Part shown: positions 1 through 11,345 of the stretch, in pieces | Numbering within the stretch: position 1 is the first letter of the stretch | How the letters are laid out: each line of letters opens with the position of its first letter | Source of the DNA: Macrostomum lignano | Lineage: Eukaryota | Direction of reading: 5' to 3' | Assembly (NCBI GenBank): GCA_002269645.1 | Contig: NIVC01001894.1 | Location: 186,001-250,000 of the forward strand | DNA: 64,000 bases | Made by a program: the position numbers and the translations under genes | The notes under the pieces: model-generated | The model's database searches: none | Seen by the model: only the letters and a program-made list of their open reading frames with translations | Told to the model about the DNA's origin: nothing

Positions 1-1034
1 GCCAACACCGGACTCGAATTGTCCATCCCGGCTGACAGGCGGTCCAACGCCGACTCAACTGCCAGGCGACAGTCGCGGCCGGGCCGCAGCTCCAGGCACA
101 GCGTGGCGTCGGCATCAGACGAGGCCAACAGGCGAGCGTCGCGATCGATCAGCAGTGTCCGAGTGTCCGGAAACTGGCTGGACAGCAGGCGGCCGAATCG
201 GCCGACTCCGGCGCCAACGTCCAGCAGGATTAGGGATGATGATGATGATGAGGAATCGCCGGAGCCACCAGCCAGGCCGGACTCGCCGATGTAGGCCAGC
301 AGCCTCTCGGCCTCGTGCCGCTTCTTTGGCCGCAGCCGGCGGTACTGGTTTGACGCTGGGCGGGATGGTGGCGGCGGATTAAAGACGGCCGTCTGCTCGG
401 CGATGTCGGACAGGCAGGAGAACAGCTCGTCAAGGTGCAGCTGCGTCCCGATGCTCTCGGCTGGCAGGGGCCTACCGGACACAGCGGCATTCAGACAGGC
501 GTCGATCGCTTCAATCAGGCAGTCGGCGTCCTCCGCGGCCACGCGACCTCGCCAGGGCCGCACCAGCAGCGCGTCTGTCCAAGCGAAATCAACCGACCAC
601 CACAGCTGGTCGAGCAGGCGGTCCAGCCGGTCCAGGAGGCCAGACAGGCGCGGACTGATGCCTGCGAGCGATGACAGGAATGTGTGCGCAGCGGCGGGAT
701 TCGGCTGCTTGTACCTTTTGCTTCTTTGGTATAGCGATGAGCAGCGACTACTGGCTACAAGGCGGAGTGACAGATTCACTCCTGTGCCATCCTCACTGCC
801 ATCTCTGCATTGTGTGCCATCCTCACTGCCATCTCTGTAGTCTGTGCCATCCTCACTGCCATCTCTGCATTGTGTGCCATCCTCACTGCCATCTCTGTAG
901 TCTGTGCCATCCTCACTGCCATCTCTGCATTCTGTGCCATCCTCACTGCCATCTACAAGCATATATGCATGCATTGGTACCTCACCGCCGCGTACACTGA
1001 ATACTCGTACATGCAAGTCTGTCCATTGTTCCAC
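1..1034 (-). CDS. METTL25: METTL25-family putative methyltransferase, copy 1 (5' part only; 3' part runs off the window start)
   Basis: Identical to 5281-6314 of copy 2 (offset 5280). Confidence 0.75.
   Translation of the reverse strand, partial: MEQWTDLHVRVFSVRGGEVPMHAYMLVDGSEDGTECRDGSEDGTDYRDGSEDGTQCRDGSEDGTDYRDGSEDGTQCRDGSEDGTGVNLSLRLVASSRCSSLYQRSKRYKQPNPAAAHTFLSSLAGISPRLSGLLDRLDRLLDQLWWSVDFAWTDALLVRPWRGRVAAEDADCLIEAIDACLNAAVSGRPLPAESIGTQLHLDELFSCLSDIAEQTAVFNPPPPSRPASNQYRRLRPKKRHEAERLLAYIGESGLAGGSGDSSSSSSSLILLDVGAGVGRFGRLLSSQFPDTRTLLIDRDARLLASSDADATLCLELRPGRDCRLAVESALDRLSAGMDNSSPVL
782..955. repeat. 30-bp minisatellite (TGTGCCATCCTCACTGCCATCTCTGCATTG-like, ~6 units)
   Basis: Direct reading; encodes DGSEDGTECR-type decapeptides on the minus strand. 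Confidence 0.95.
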
Positions 1035-1309
1035 TGCCTATTATTGAGGAAAGATTGATCTAAAAAGCTGAGCAATGCACAAAAGCGCAATGTTTCCTGG
1101 TTGATAAGGACAATAAACGGAGTTTGTGGCACAGAGACAAGAGGGTAAGAAATGACAACCTGTCAAAAGAAGTGAGACAAAGAATGCTTCAGTATAATTG
1201 AGTCAGTCTTTACATCAGAGACTGATGGAGGAGCAAACTATTGTGAATCATAGCACTGACTACTGTATCCAGCATTTGAAAGACTTGTAAACAAATGTGT
1301 GAATTGATC

Positions 1310-2405
1310 TTTATGCTCAAGTTAAGCATCTACGATCAAGTTATGCTCAAGTTAAGCATTCATGACCAAGATATGCTCAAATTAAGCATTCATGACCAAG
1401 TTATGCTCAAATTAAGCATTCATGACCAAGTTATGCTCAAATTAAGCATTCATGACCAAGTTATGCTCAAATTAAGCATCTATGACAAATTCATGCTAAG
1501 TTAAGCATCTACATATGACCAATTTATGCTCAAGTTAGGCATCTATGACCAATTTATGCTCAAGTTAGGCATCTATGACCAATTTATGCTCAAGTTAGGC
1601 ATCTATGACCAATTTATGCTCAAGTTAAGCATTAAGACCAATTTATGCTCAAATGAAGCATTCATGACCAAGTTATGCTCAAATTAAGCATTCATGACCA
1701 AGTTATGCTCAAATTAAGCATTCATGACCAAGTTATGCTCAAATTAAGCATCTATGACAAATTCATGCTAAGTTAAGCATCTACATATGACCAATTTATG
1801 CTCAAGTTAGGCATCTATGACCAATTTATGCTCAAGTTAGGCCTCTATGACCAATTTATGCTCAAGTTAGGCATCTATGACCAATTTATGCTCAAGTTAG
1901 GCATCTATGACCAATTTATGCTCAAGTTAGGCATCTATGACCAATTTATGCTCAAGTTAAGCATCTATGACCAATTTATGCTCAAGTTAAGCATCTACAT
2001 ATGACCAATTTATGCTCAAGTTAGGCATCTATGATCAATTTATGCTCAAGTTAAGCATCTATGACCAATTTATGCTCAAGTTAAGCATCTACATATGACC
2101 AATTTATGCTCAAGTTAGGCATCTATGATCAATTTATGCTCAAGTTAGGCATCTATGATCAATTTATGCTCAAGTTAAGCTTTATGACCAACTTCTGATA
2201 AAGCTGAACATCAATAACCAATATATGCGCATGTTAAGCATCTATGACCAATCTCTGATGAAAATGAACCTCTGACCAATTTCTGATCAATCATCAAACT
2301 GAACATCCATGACCAATTTCTGATCAATCATCAAACTGAACATCCATGACCAATTTCTGATCAATCATCAAACTAAACATCCATGACCAATTTCTGATCA
2401 AACTG
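1310..2405. repeat. 30-bp AT-rich satellite (TTATGCTCAAGTTAGGCATCTATGACCAAT) with a 270-bp higher-order repeat, grading into a 37-bp unit
   Basis: Direct reading; the variant block TATGACAAATTCATGCTAAG occurs near 1481 and 1753. Confidence 0.9.
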
Positions 2406-2912
2406 AGAGTTTATGATTAACTCGTGCAAGAACGAGCATCTAAGAGTCTAAGATCAAATAAACTGACAAATCGTTTTCTTATCATTAAGTACGATTATGA
2501 TTGACAACTGTCACTTTAAGAAGAATTATAAAAAAACGTTGCGTTTAAAAATGTACGCTCATATTCAAAATGTTTAGGAAAGCCAAAGGTATTTAAGGCT
2601 TCAAGTTATAAATCAATGAGTTTATTTCGACAAAAACACAATGCTCAGCCGCATATGACGGGTGCAATGCTTTCAATAATGATCTTTGGCTACCCCATAA
2701 ATCACAACATGCAACACGCTAAGCACCAAAACACAGCAATTCACATTTCCACTAATAATTAAGATTTCTAGACAGAGACAGCAGTGAGGTACACAAGTGT
2801 ATTCAAATGGTAGCTAAAAAGTACATTGTTTTTCACAAGGATAAACAACTATGTAAGAATATTTTGGATAAAAAATAAAGTTTAACTAGCCAAAGCATTG
2901 CTGAGTCAGTGC

Positions 2913-3209
2913 TCATCTCCGTTTCTTTTTCTGAGCAGCGGCCAGATGCTGCTTCCTGTTGTTGGACACGTGGCCGGCTGTTGCGGTTGCCGGCCGAGTT
3001 CCGGCTGTCGAGTTGCCGACGCTGCCGCCGTCCTCGGCTTCGTCGGCTTCGCCCATCGAGGCGGTGTCGCTGGAAGCGGCTGGCGGCAGGCAGAACAGAG
3101 CCAGCAGACAGGCCAGCTGGAACAGGGCGCCTATGAGCAGCGCCCGGTCCGACAGCAGCTCGTACCAGGTGGCTGGCGGGATGAACAGCGAGCTGTCCTG
3201 GTCTGGCAT
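2913..3209 (-). CDS. MANBAL: MANBAL/UPF0239-family small single-pass membrane protein, copy 1 (98 aa)
   Basis: P-P-x-T-W-Y-E-L-L then a hydrophobic ALLIGALFQLACLLALFCLP segment (family pattern GLFLGAIFQLICVLAII), polar linker and basic KKKRR C-terminus. A YAG acceptor (TTGCAG|CCATG) lies 2 nt before the ATG. Confidence 0.8.
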   Translation of the reverse strand: MPDQDSSLFIPPATWYELLSDRALLIGALFQLACLLALFCLPPAASSDTASMGEADEAEDGGSVGNSTAGTRPATATAGHVSNNRKQHLAAAQKKKRR

Positions 3210-3267
3210 GGCTGCAACATGCGGCGGCGGATAGGGCTGGACTATCGCTCAGTACTGGGGTGGTGTG

Positions 3268-4110
3268 AGGGGTGTCCTGGATGCCACAGTCAGGGTAGCG
3301 GGAAGGGTGTTCTGGATGCTACAGACAGGGTAGCGGGAAGGGTGTCCTGGATGCCACAGTCAGGGTAGCGGGAAGGGTGTCCTGGATGCTACAGTCAGGG
3401 TAGCGGGAAGGGTGTCCTGGATGCTACAGACAGGGTAGCGGGAAGGGTGTCCTGGATGCTACAGTCAGGGTAGCGGGAAGGGTGTCCTGGATGCTACAGA
3501 CAGGGTAGCGGGAAGGGTGTCCTGGATGCTACAGTCAGGGTAGCGGGAAGGGTGTCCTGGATGCTACAGACAGGGTAGCGGGAAGGGTGTCCTGGATGCT
3601 ACAGTCAGGGTAGCGGGAAGGGTGTCCTGGATGCTACAGACAGAGTAGCGGGAAGGGTGTTCTGGGTGCTACAGACAGGGTAGCGGGAAGGGTGTCCTGG
3701 ATGCTACAGTCAGGGTAGCGGGAAGGGTGTCCTGGATGCTACAGACAGGGTAGCGGGAAGGGTGTCCTGGATGCTACAGACAGGGTAGCGGGAAGGGTGT
3801 CCTGGATGCTACAGACAGAGTAGCGGGAAGGGTGTCCTGGATGCTACAGACAGGGTAGCGGGAAGGGTGTCCTGGATGCTACAGACAGGGTAGCGGGAAG
3901 GATGTCCTGGGTGCTACAGACAGGGTAGCGGGAAGGGTGTCCTGGATGCTACAGACAGGGTAGCGGGAAGGATGTCCTGGATGCTACAGACAGGGTAGCG
4001 GGAAGGGTGTCCTGGATGCTACAGACAGGGTAGCGGGAAGGGTGTCCTGGGTGCTACAGGCAGGGTAGCGGGAAGGGTGTCCTGGATGCCACAGACAGGG
4101 TAGCAGGAAC
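3268..4110. repeat. 35-bp minisatellite (GGGTGTCCTGGATGCTACAGACAGGGTAGCGGGAA)
   Basis: Direct reading, ~24 units. Confidence 0.95.
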
Positions 4111-4610
4111 AGGAAGGGAGAGCCAAGGCTTCAATGCAAGAATCAATTGAAAATAAGACTGGGCCAAGCGGTGCCACCAGACTCATGCGAGCTGCAGAGT
4201 CTACATGTTGAAGAGGAGATAAGAATGGGAAGAAAAATCAATGAAAGCCAGAGAGAAATTTTGCGCATTGAAACTACGAAAGGATTTTCACAGTCCAAGG
4301 CTTTGTTGATAAAAGAATTCTCCCTGTTTGAGGCGGGGGTTGGGTGGGTCAAAAACCCGGAAAATTCAATACTCTGCATTTCTCCGCGGCTCTCAATAGG
4401 GCCTGATTGACAGCTAAGGGTGTATATATAAAGTACAAGCAAGTTTCAGGGCCCATACGCGGTAAGAGTAGTATATTCAAATAGTCAATAATTAATGAAT
4501 ACGACTTCATAAAAGCTTCAGATTACCAAAGAAATTCTGGACTATATTTATTACAAAATGCAATTTGAAATGATAAATTTTGCATGAATCAGGCAGTTCA
4601 CTGCATAATC

Positions 4611-6314
4611 CTAGGACTTCTTGGCTACAATAGCCAAGCATCTGGGCGACAGTTCGGGCGAGAACAGCTGCAACAGCTCCGCAGCTACTCCCCTCTCTTT
4701 AAGGTACAACTGAAGGTCAACTAAAAGTACAAACTCCAAAACCGGCCTCAGCAGAGTCTGCAATCGATAAACCAGTTCAGCAAGGCGAAGGTCCCCAGTT
4801 CGAGTCTCGGTCTCCCAGACAGTCAGAAGGCGACCCCGAATTGTCGGCCAGTCGACTTCGCCGTTGTCATGACGACCGGCTGCCTCGTCCAGAGCGGCCA
4901 GGTAGGCGGCGAAATCTCCATCGGCTGCAGGCGGGCGGATGCGCCGCAGCAGGCGGTCGGCGTCAGGGCGGGCGGCCAGCTGCAGCGCGGCCCGGCGCAG
5001 GCTGGCGTCAATACGAGCCTGCAGCCTCGTCCTGCCCGTTGCTCCTAGGGGCAGCAGCAGCAGAGTCTCCAGACGCTCCTGGCAGGCCAGCCGACGGGCC
5101 GGGACGCTGGCGAATAGGCGGGCCAAGCCGGGCAGGCGCGACACAGCGGCGCTGACTGGCGCTGAGAGCGCGGACTTGTGATAGCAGCAGGGCAGGCAGA
5201 TCAGGCTGCGCAGCCGCTGGCTGGAGGCGAACAAATCCACCAGACTGTTGGACAGGGAGCCGCAGGCGTGCTGGCCCAGCGCCAACACCGGACTCGAATT
5301 GTCCATCCCGGCTGACAGGCGGTCCAACGCCGACTCAACTGCCAGGCGACAGTCGCGGCCGGGCCGCAGCTCCAGGCACAGCGTGGCGTCGGCATCAGAC
5401 GAGGCCAACAGGCGAGCGTCGCGATCGATCAGCAGTGTCCGAGTGTCCGGAAACTGGCTGGACAGCAGGCGGCCGAATCGGCCGACTCCGGCGCCAACGT
5501 CCAGCAGGATTAGGGATGATGATGATGATGAGGAATCGCCGGAGCCACCAGCCAGGCCGGACTCGCCGATGTAGGCCAGCAGCCTCTCGGCCTCGTGCCG
5601 CTTCTTTGGCCGCAGCCGGCGGTACTGGTTTGACGCTGGGCGGGATGGTGGCGGCGGATTAAAGACGGCCGTCTGCTCGGCGATGTCGGACAGGCAGGAG
5701 AACAGCTCGTCAAGGTGCAGCTGCGTCCCGATGCTCTCGGCTGGCAGGGGCCTACCGGACACAGCGGCATTCAGACAGGCGTCGATCGCTTCAATCAGGC
5801 AGTCGGCGTCCTCCGCGGCCACGCGACCTCGCCAGGGCCGCACCAGCAGCGCGTCTGTCCAAGCGAAATCAACCGACCACCACAGCTGGTCGAGCAGGCG
5901 GTCCAGCCGGTCCAGGAGGCCAGACAGGCGCGGACTGATGCCTGCGAGCGATGACAGGAATGTGTGCGCAGCGGCGGGATTCGGCTGCTTGTACCTTTTG
6001 CTTCTTTGGTATAGCGATGAGCAGCGACTACTGGCTACAAGGCGGAGTGACAGATTCACTCCTGTGCCATCCTCACTGCCATCTCTGCATTGTGTGCCAT
6101 CCTCACTGCCATCTCTGTAGTCTGTGCCATCCTCACTGCCATCTCTGCATTGTGTGCCATCCTCACTGCCATCTCTGTAGTCTGTGCCATCCTCACTGCC
6201 ATCTCTGCATTCTGTGCCATCCTCACTGCCATCTACAAGCATATATGCATGCATTGGTACCTCACCGCCGCGTACACTGAATACTCGTACATGCAAGTCT
6301 GTCCATTGTTCCAC
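4611..6314 (-). CDS. METTL25: METTL25-family putative SAM-dependent methyltransferase, copy 2 (567-aa ORF; possible in-frame 204-nt intron 6265-6062)
   Basis: Motif I LLDVGAGVGRFG, LLIDRD, LGQHACGSLS (family H[AT]CGDL), LICLPCCYHK (family PCCY), LRPVLEFVLLVDLQLYL and C-terminal LFSPELSPRCLAIVAKK (family LFDPxxSPRxxAIxA). AATAAA lies ~60 nt after the stop. METTL25 versus METTL25B is not resolved. Confidence 0.8.
   Translation of the reverse strand: MEQWTDLHVRVFSVRGGEVPMHAYMLVDGSEDGTECRDGSEDGTDYRDGSEDGTQCRDGSEDGTDYRDGSEDGTQCRDGSEDGTGVNLSLRLVASSRCSSLYQRSKRYKQPNPAAAHTFLSSLAGISPRLSGLLDRLDRLLDQLWWSVDFAWTDALLVRPWRGRVAAEDADCLIEAIDACLNAAVSGRPLPAESIGTQLHLDELFSCLSDIAEQTAVFNPPPPSRPASNQYRRLRPKKRHEAERLLAYIGESGLAGGSGDSSSSSSSLILLDVGAGVGRFGRLLSSQFPDTRTLLIDRDARLLASSDADATLCLELRPGRDCRLAVESALDRLSAGMDNSSPVLALGQHACGSLSNSLVDLFASSQRLRSLICLPCCYHKSALSAPVSAAVSRLPGLARLFASVPARRLACQERLETLLLLPLGATGRTRLQARIDASLRRAALQLAARPDADRLLRRIRPPAADGDFAAYLAALDEAAGRHDNGEVDWPTIRGRLLTVWETETRTGDLRLAELVYRLQTLLRPVLEFVLLVDLQLYLKERGVAAELLQLFSPELSPRCLAIVAKKS
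6062..6235. repeat. 30-bp minisatellite, copy 2
   Basis: Identical to 782-955. Confidence 0.95.
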
Positions 6315-6589
6315 TGCCTATTATTGAGGAAAGATTGATCTAAAAAGCTGAGCAATGCACAAAAGCGCAATGTTTCCTGGTTGATAAGGACAATAAACGG
6401 AGTTTGTGGCACAGAGACAAGAGGGTAAGAAATGACAACCTGTCAAAAGAAGTGAGACAAAGAATGCTTCAGTATAATTGAGTCAGTCTTTACATCAGAG
6501 ACTGATGGAGGAGCAAACTATTGTGAATCATAGCACTGACTACTGTATCCAGCATTTGAAAGACTTGTAAACAAATGTGTGAATTGATC

Positions 6590-7670
6590 TTTATGCTCAA
6601 GTTAAGCATCTACGATCAAGTTATGCTCAAGTTAAGCATTCATGACCAAGATATGCTCAAATTAAGCATTCATGACCAAGTTATGCTCAAATTAAGCATT
6701 CATGACCAAGTTATGCTCAAATTAAGCATTCATGACCAAGTTATGCTCAAATTAAGCATCTATGACAAATTCATGCTAAGTTAAGCATCTACATATGACC
6801 AATTTATGCTCAAGTTAGGCATCTATGACCAATTTATGCTCAAGTTAGGCATCTATGACCAATTTATGCTCAAGTTAGGCATCTATGACCAATTTATGCT
6901 CAAGTTAAGCATTAAGACCAATTTATGCTCAAATGAAGCATTCATGACCAAGTTATGCTCAAATTAAGCATTCATGACCAAGTTATGCTCAAATTAAGCA
7001 TTCATGACCAAGTTATGCTCAAATTAAGCATCTATGACAAATTCATGCTAAGTTAAGCATCTACATATGACCAATTTATGCTCAAGTTAGGCATCTATGA
7101 CCAATTTATGCTCAAGTTAGGCCTCTATGACCAATTTATGCTCAAGTTAGGCATCTATGACCAATTTATGCTCAAGTTAGGCATCTATGACCAATTTATG
7201 CTCAAGTTAGGCATCTATGACCAATTTATGCTCAAGTTAAGCATCTATGACCAATTTATGCTCAAGTTAAGCATCTACATATGACCAATTTATGCTCAAG
7301 TTAGGCATCTATGATCAATTTATGCTCAAGTTTCTATGCTCAAGTTAAGCATCTACATATGACCAATTTATGCTCAAGTTAGGCATCTATGATCAATTTA
7401 TGCTCAAGTTAGGCATCTATGATCAATTTATGCTCAAGTTAAGCTTTATGACCAACTTCTGATAAAGCTGAACATCAATAACCAATATATGCGCATGTTA
7501 AGCATCTATGACCAATCTCTGATGAAAATGAACCTCTGACCAATTTCTGATCAATCATCAAACTGAACATCCATGACCAATTTCTGATCAATCATCAAAC
7601 TGAACATCCATGACCAATTTCTGATCAATCATCAAACTAAACATCCATGACCAATTTCTGATCAAACTGA
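6590..7670. repeat. 30-bp satellite, copy 2 (16 bp shorter than copy 1)
   Basis: Same units as 1310-2405, with an indel near 7330. Confidence 0.9.
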
Positions 7671-8176
7671 GAGTTTATGATTAACTCGTGCAAGAACGAG
7701 CATCTAAGAGTCTAAGATCAAATAAACTGACAAATCGTTTTCTTATCATTAAGTACGATTATGATTGACAACTGTCACTTTAAGAAGAATTATAAAAAAA
7801 CGTTGCGTTTAAAAATGTACGCTCATATTCAAAATGTTTAGGAAAGCCAAAGGTATTTAAGGCTTCAAGTTATAAATCAATGAGTTTATTTCGACAAAAA
7901 CACAATGCTCAGCCGCATATGACGGGTGCAATGCTTTCAATAATGATCTTTGGCTACCCCATAAATCACAACATGCAACACGCTAAGCACCAAAACACAG
8001 CAATTCACATTTCCACTAATAATTAAGATTTCTAGACAGAGACAGCAGTGAGGTACACAAGTGTATTCAAATGGTAGCTAAAAAGTACATTGTTTTTCAC
8101 AAGGATAAACAACTATGTAAGAATATTTTGGATAAAAAATAAAGTTTAACTAGCCAAAGCATTGCTGAGTCAGTGC

Positions 8177-8473
8177 TCATCTCCGTTTCTTTTTCTGAGC
8201 AGCGGCCAGATGCTGCTTCCTGTTGTTGGACACGTGGCCGGCTGTTGCGGTTGCCGGCCGAGTTCCGGCTGTCGAGTTGCCGACGCTGCCGCCGTCCTCG
8301 GCTTCGTCGGCTTCGCCCATCGAGGCGGTGTCGCTGGAAGCGGCTGGCGGCAGGCAGAACAGAGCCAGCAGACAGGCCAGCTGGAACAGGGCGCCTATGA
8401 GCAGCGCCCGGTCCGACAGCAGCTCGTACCAGGTGGCTGGCGGGATGAACAGCGAGCTGTCCTGGTCTGGCAT
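8177..8473 (-). CDS. MANBAL: MANBAL/UPF0239-family protein, copy 2 (98 aa)
   Basis: Translation identical to 2913-3209. Confidence 0.8.
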   Translation of the reverse strand: MPDQDSSLFIPPATWYELLSDRALLIGALFQLACLLALFCLPPAASSDTASMGEADEAEDGGSVGNSTAGTRPATATAGHVSNNRKQHLAAAQKKKRR

Positions 8474-8531
8474 GGCTGCAACATGCGGCGGCGGATAGGG
8501 CTGGACTATCGCTCAGTACTGGGGTGGTGTG

Positions 8532-9395
8532 AGGGGTGTCCTGGATGCCACAGTCAGGGTAGCGGGAAGGGTGTTCTGGATGCTACAGACAGGGTAGCGG
8601 GAAGGGTGTCCTGGATGCCACAGTCAGGGTAGCGGGAAGGGTGTCTGGATGCTACAGACAGGGTAAGGGTGTCCTGGATGCTACAGTCAGGGTAAAGGGT
8701 GTCCTGGATGCTACAGACAGGGTAGCGGGAAGGGTGTCCTGGATGCTACAGTCAGGGTAGCGGGAAGGGTGTCCTGGATGCTACAGACAGGGTAGCGGGA
8801 AGGGTGTCCTGGATGCTACAGTCAGGGTAGCGGGAAGGGTGTCCTGGATGCTACAGACAGGGTAGCGGGAAGGGTGTCCTGGATGCTACAGTCAGGGTAG
8901 CGGGAAGGGTGTCCTGGATGCTACAGACAGAGTAGCGGGAAGGGTGTTCTGGGTGCTACAGACAGGGTAGCGGGAAGGGTGTCCTGGATGCTACAGTCAG
9001 GGTAGCGGGAAGGGTGTCCTGGATGCTACAGACAGGTAGCGGGAAGGGTGTCCTGGATGCTACAGACAGGGTAGCGGGAAGGGTGTCCTGGATGCTACAG
9101 ACAGAGTAGCGGGAAGGGTGTCCTGGATGCTACAGACAGGGTAGCGGGAAGGGTGTCCTGGATGCTACAGACAGGGTAGCGGGAAGGATGTCCTGGGTGC
9201 TACAGACAGGGTAGCGGGAAGGGTGTCCTGGATGCTACAGACAGGGTAGCGGGAAGGATGTCCTGGATGCTACAGACAGGGTAGCGGGAAGGGTGTCCTG
9301 GATGCTACAGACAGGGTAGCGGGAAGGGTGTCCTGGGTGCTACAGGCAGGGTAGCGGGAAGGGTGTCCTGGATGCCACAGACAGGGTAGCAGGAA
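8532..9395. repeat. 35-bp minisatellite, copy 2
   Basis: Same unit as 3268-4110, with several small indels. Confidence 0.95.
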
Positions 9396-9896
9396 CAGGA
9401 AGGGAGAGCCAAGGCTTCAATGCAAGAATCAATTGAAAATAAGACTGGGCCAAGCGGTGCCACCAGACTCATGCGAGCTGCAGAGTCTACATGTTGAAGA
9501 GGAGATAAGAATGGGAAGAAAAATCAATGAAAGCCAGAGAGAAATTTTGCGCATTGAAACTACGAAAGGATTTTCACAGTCCAAGGCTTTGTTGATAAAA
9601 GAATTCTCCCTGTTTGAGGCGGGGGTTGGGTGGGTCAAAAACCCGGAAAATTCAATACTCTGCATTTCTCCGCGGCTCTCAATAGGGCCTGATTGACAGC
9701 TAAGGGTGTATATATAAAGTACAAGCAAGTTTCAGGGCCCATACGCGGTAAGAGTAGTATATTCAAATAGTCAATAATTAATGAATACGACTTCATAAAA
9801 GCTTCAGATTACCAAAGAAATTCTGGACTATATTTATTACAAAATGCAATTTGAAATGATAAATTTTGCATGAATCAGGCAGTTCACTGCATAATC

Positions 9897-11345
9897 CTAG
9901 GACTTCTTGGCTACAATAGCCAAGCATCTGGGCGACAGTTCGGGCGAGAACAGCTGCAACAGCTCCGCAGCTACTCCCCTCTCTTTAAGGTACAACTGAA
10001 GGTCAACTAAAAGTACAAACTCCAAAACCGGCCTCAGCAGAGTCTGCAATCGATAAACCAGTTCAGCAAGGCGAAGGTCCCCAGTTCGAGTCTCGGTCTC
10101 CCAGACAGTCAGAAGGCGACCCCGAATTGTCGGCCAGTCGACTTCGCCGTTGTCATGACGACCGGCTGCCTCGTCCAGAGCGGCCAGGTAGGCGGCGAAA
10201 TCTCCATCGGCTGCAGGCGGGCGGATGCGCCGCAGCAGGCGGTCGGCGTCAGGGCGGGCGGCCAGCTGCAGCGCGGCCCGGCGCAGGCTGGCGTCAATAC
10301 GAGCCTGCAGCCTCGTCCTGCCCGTTGCTCCTAGGGGCAGCAGCAGCAGAGTCTCCAGACGCTCCTGGCAGGCCAGCCGACGGGCCGGGACGCTGGCGAA
10401 TAGGCGGGCCAAGCCGGGCAGGCGCGACACAGCGGCGCTGACTGGCGCTGAGAGCGCGGACTTGTGATAGCAGCAGGGCAGGCAGATCAGGCTGCGCAGC
10501 CGCTGGCTGGAGGCGAACAAATCCACCAGACTGTTGGACAGGGAGCCGCAGGCGTGCTGGCCCAGCGCCAACACCGGACTCGAATTGTCCATCCCGGCTG
10601 ACAGGCGGTCCAACGCCGACTCAACTGCCAGGCGACAGTCGCGGCCGGGCCGCAGCTCCAGGCACAGCGTGGCGTCGGCATCAGACGAGGCCAACAGGCG
10701 AGCGTCGCGATCGATCAGCAGTGTCCGAGTGTCCGGAAACTGGCTGGACAGCAGGCGGCCGAATCGGCCGACTCCGGCGCCAACGTCCAGCAGGATTAGG
10801 GATGATGATGATGATGAGGAATCGCCGGAGCCACCAGCCAGGCCGGACTCGCCGATGTAGGCCAGCAGCCTCTCGGCCTCGTGCCGCTTCTTTGGCCGCA
10901 GCCGGCGGTACTGGTTTGACGCTGGGCGGGATGGTGGCGGCGGATTAAAGACGGCCGTCTGCTCGGCGATGTCGGACAGGCAGGAGAACAGCTCGTCAAG
11001 GTGCAGCTGCGTCCCGATGCTCTCGGCTGGCAGGGGCCTACCGGACACAGCGGCATTCAGACAGGCGTCGATCGCTTCAATCAGGCAGTCGGCGTCCTCC
11101 GCGGCCACGCGACCTCGCCAGGGCCGCACCAGCAGCGCGTCTGTCCAAGCGAAATCAACCGACCACCACAGCTGGTCGAGCAGGCGGTCCAGCCGGTCCA
11201 GGAGGCCAGACAGGCGCGGACTGATGCCTGCGAGCGATGACAGGAATGTGTGCGCAGCGGCGGGATTCGGCTGCTTGTACCTTTTGCTTCTTTGGTATAG
11301 CGATGAGCAGCGACTACTGGCTACAAGGCGGAGTGACAGATTCAC
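9897..11345 (-). CDS. METTL25: METTL25-family methyltransferase, copy 3 (482-aa open frame with no N-terminal ATG)
   Basis: Body identical to copy 2. The ORF caller starts at GTG, the first in-frame ATG is residue 252 (10592), and an upstream in-frame stop lies at 11394-11396. AATAAA at 9833-9838 (minus strand). Confidence 0.75.
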   Translation of the reverse strand: MNLSLRLVASSRCSSLYQRSKRYKQPNPAAAHTFLSSLAGISPRLSGLLDRLDRLLDQLWWSVDFAWTDALLVRPWRGRVAAEDADCLIEAIDACLNAAVSGRPLPAESIGTQLHLDELFSCLSDIAEQTAVFNPPPPSRPASNQYRRLRPKKRHEAERLLAYIGESGLAGGSGDSSSSSSSLILLDVGAGVGRFGRLLSSQFPDTRTLLIDRDARLLASSDADATLCLELRPGRDCRLAVESALDRLSAGMDNSSPVLALGQHACGSLSNSLVDLFASSQRLRSLICLPCCYHKSALSAPVSAAVSRLPGLARLFASVPARRLACQERLETLLLLPLGATGRTRLQARIDASLRRAALQLAARPDADRLLRRIRPPAADGDFAAYLAALDEAAGRHDNGEVDWPTIRGRLLTVWETETRTGDLRLAELVYRLQTLLRPVLEFVLLVDLQLYLKERGVAAELLQLFSPELSPRCLAIVAKKS

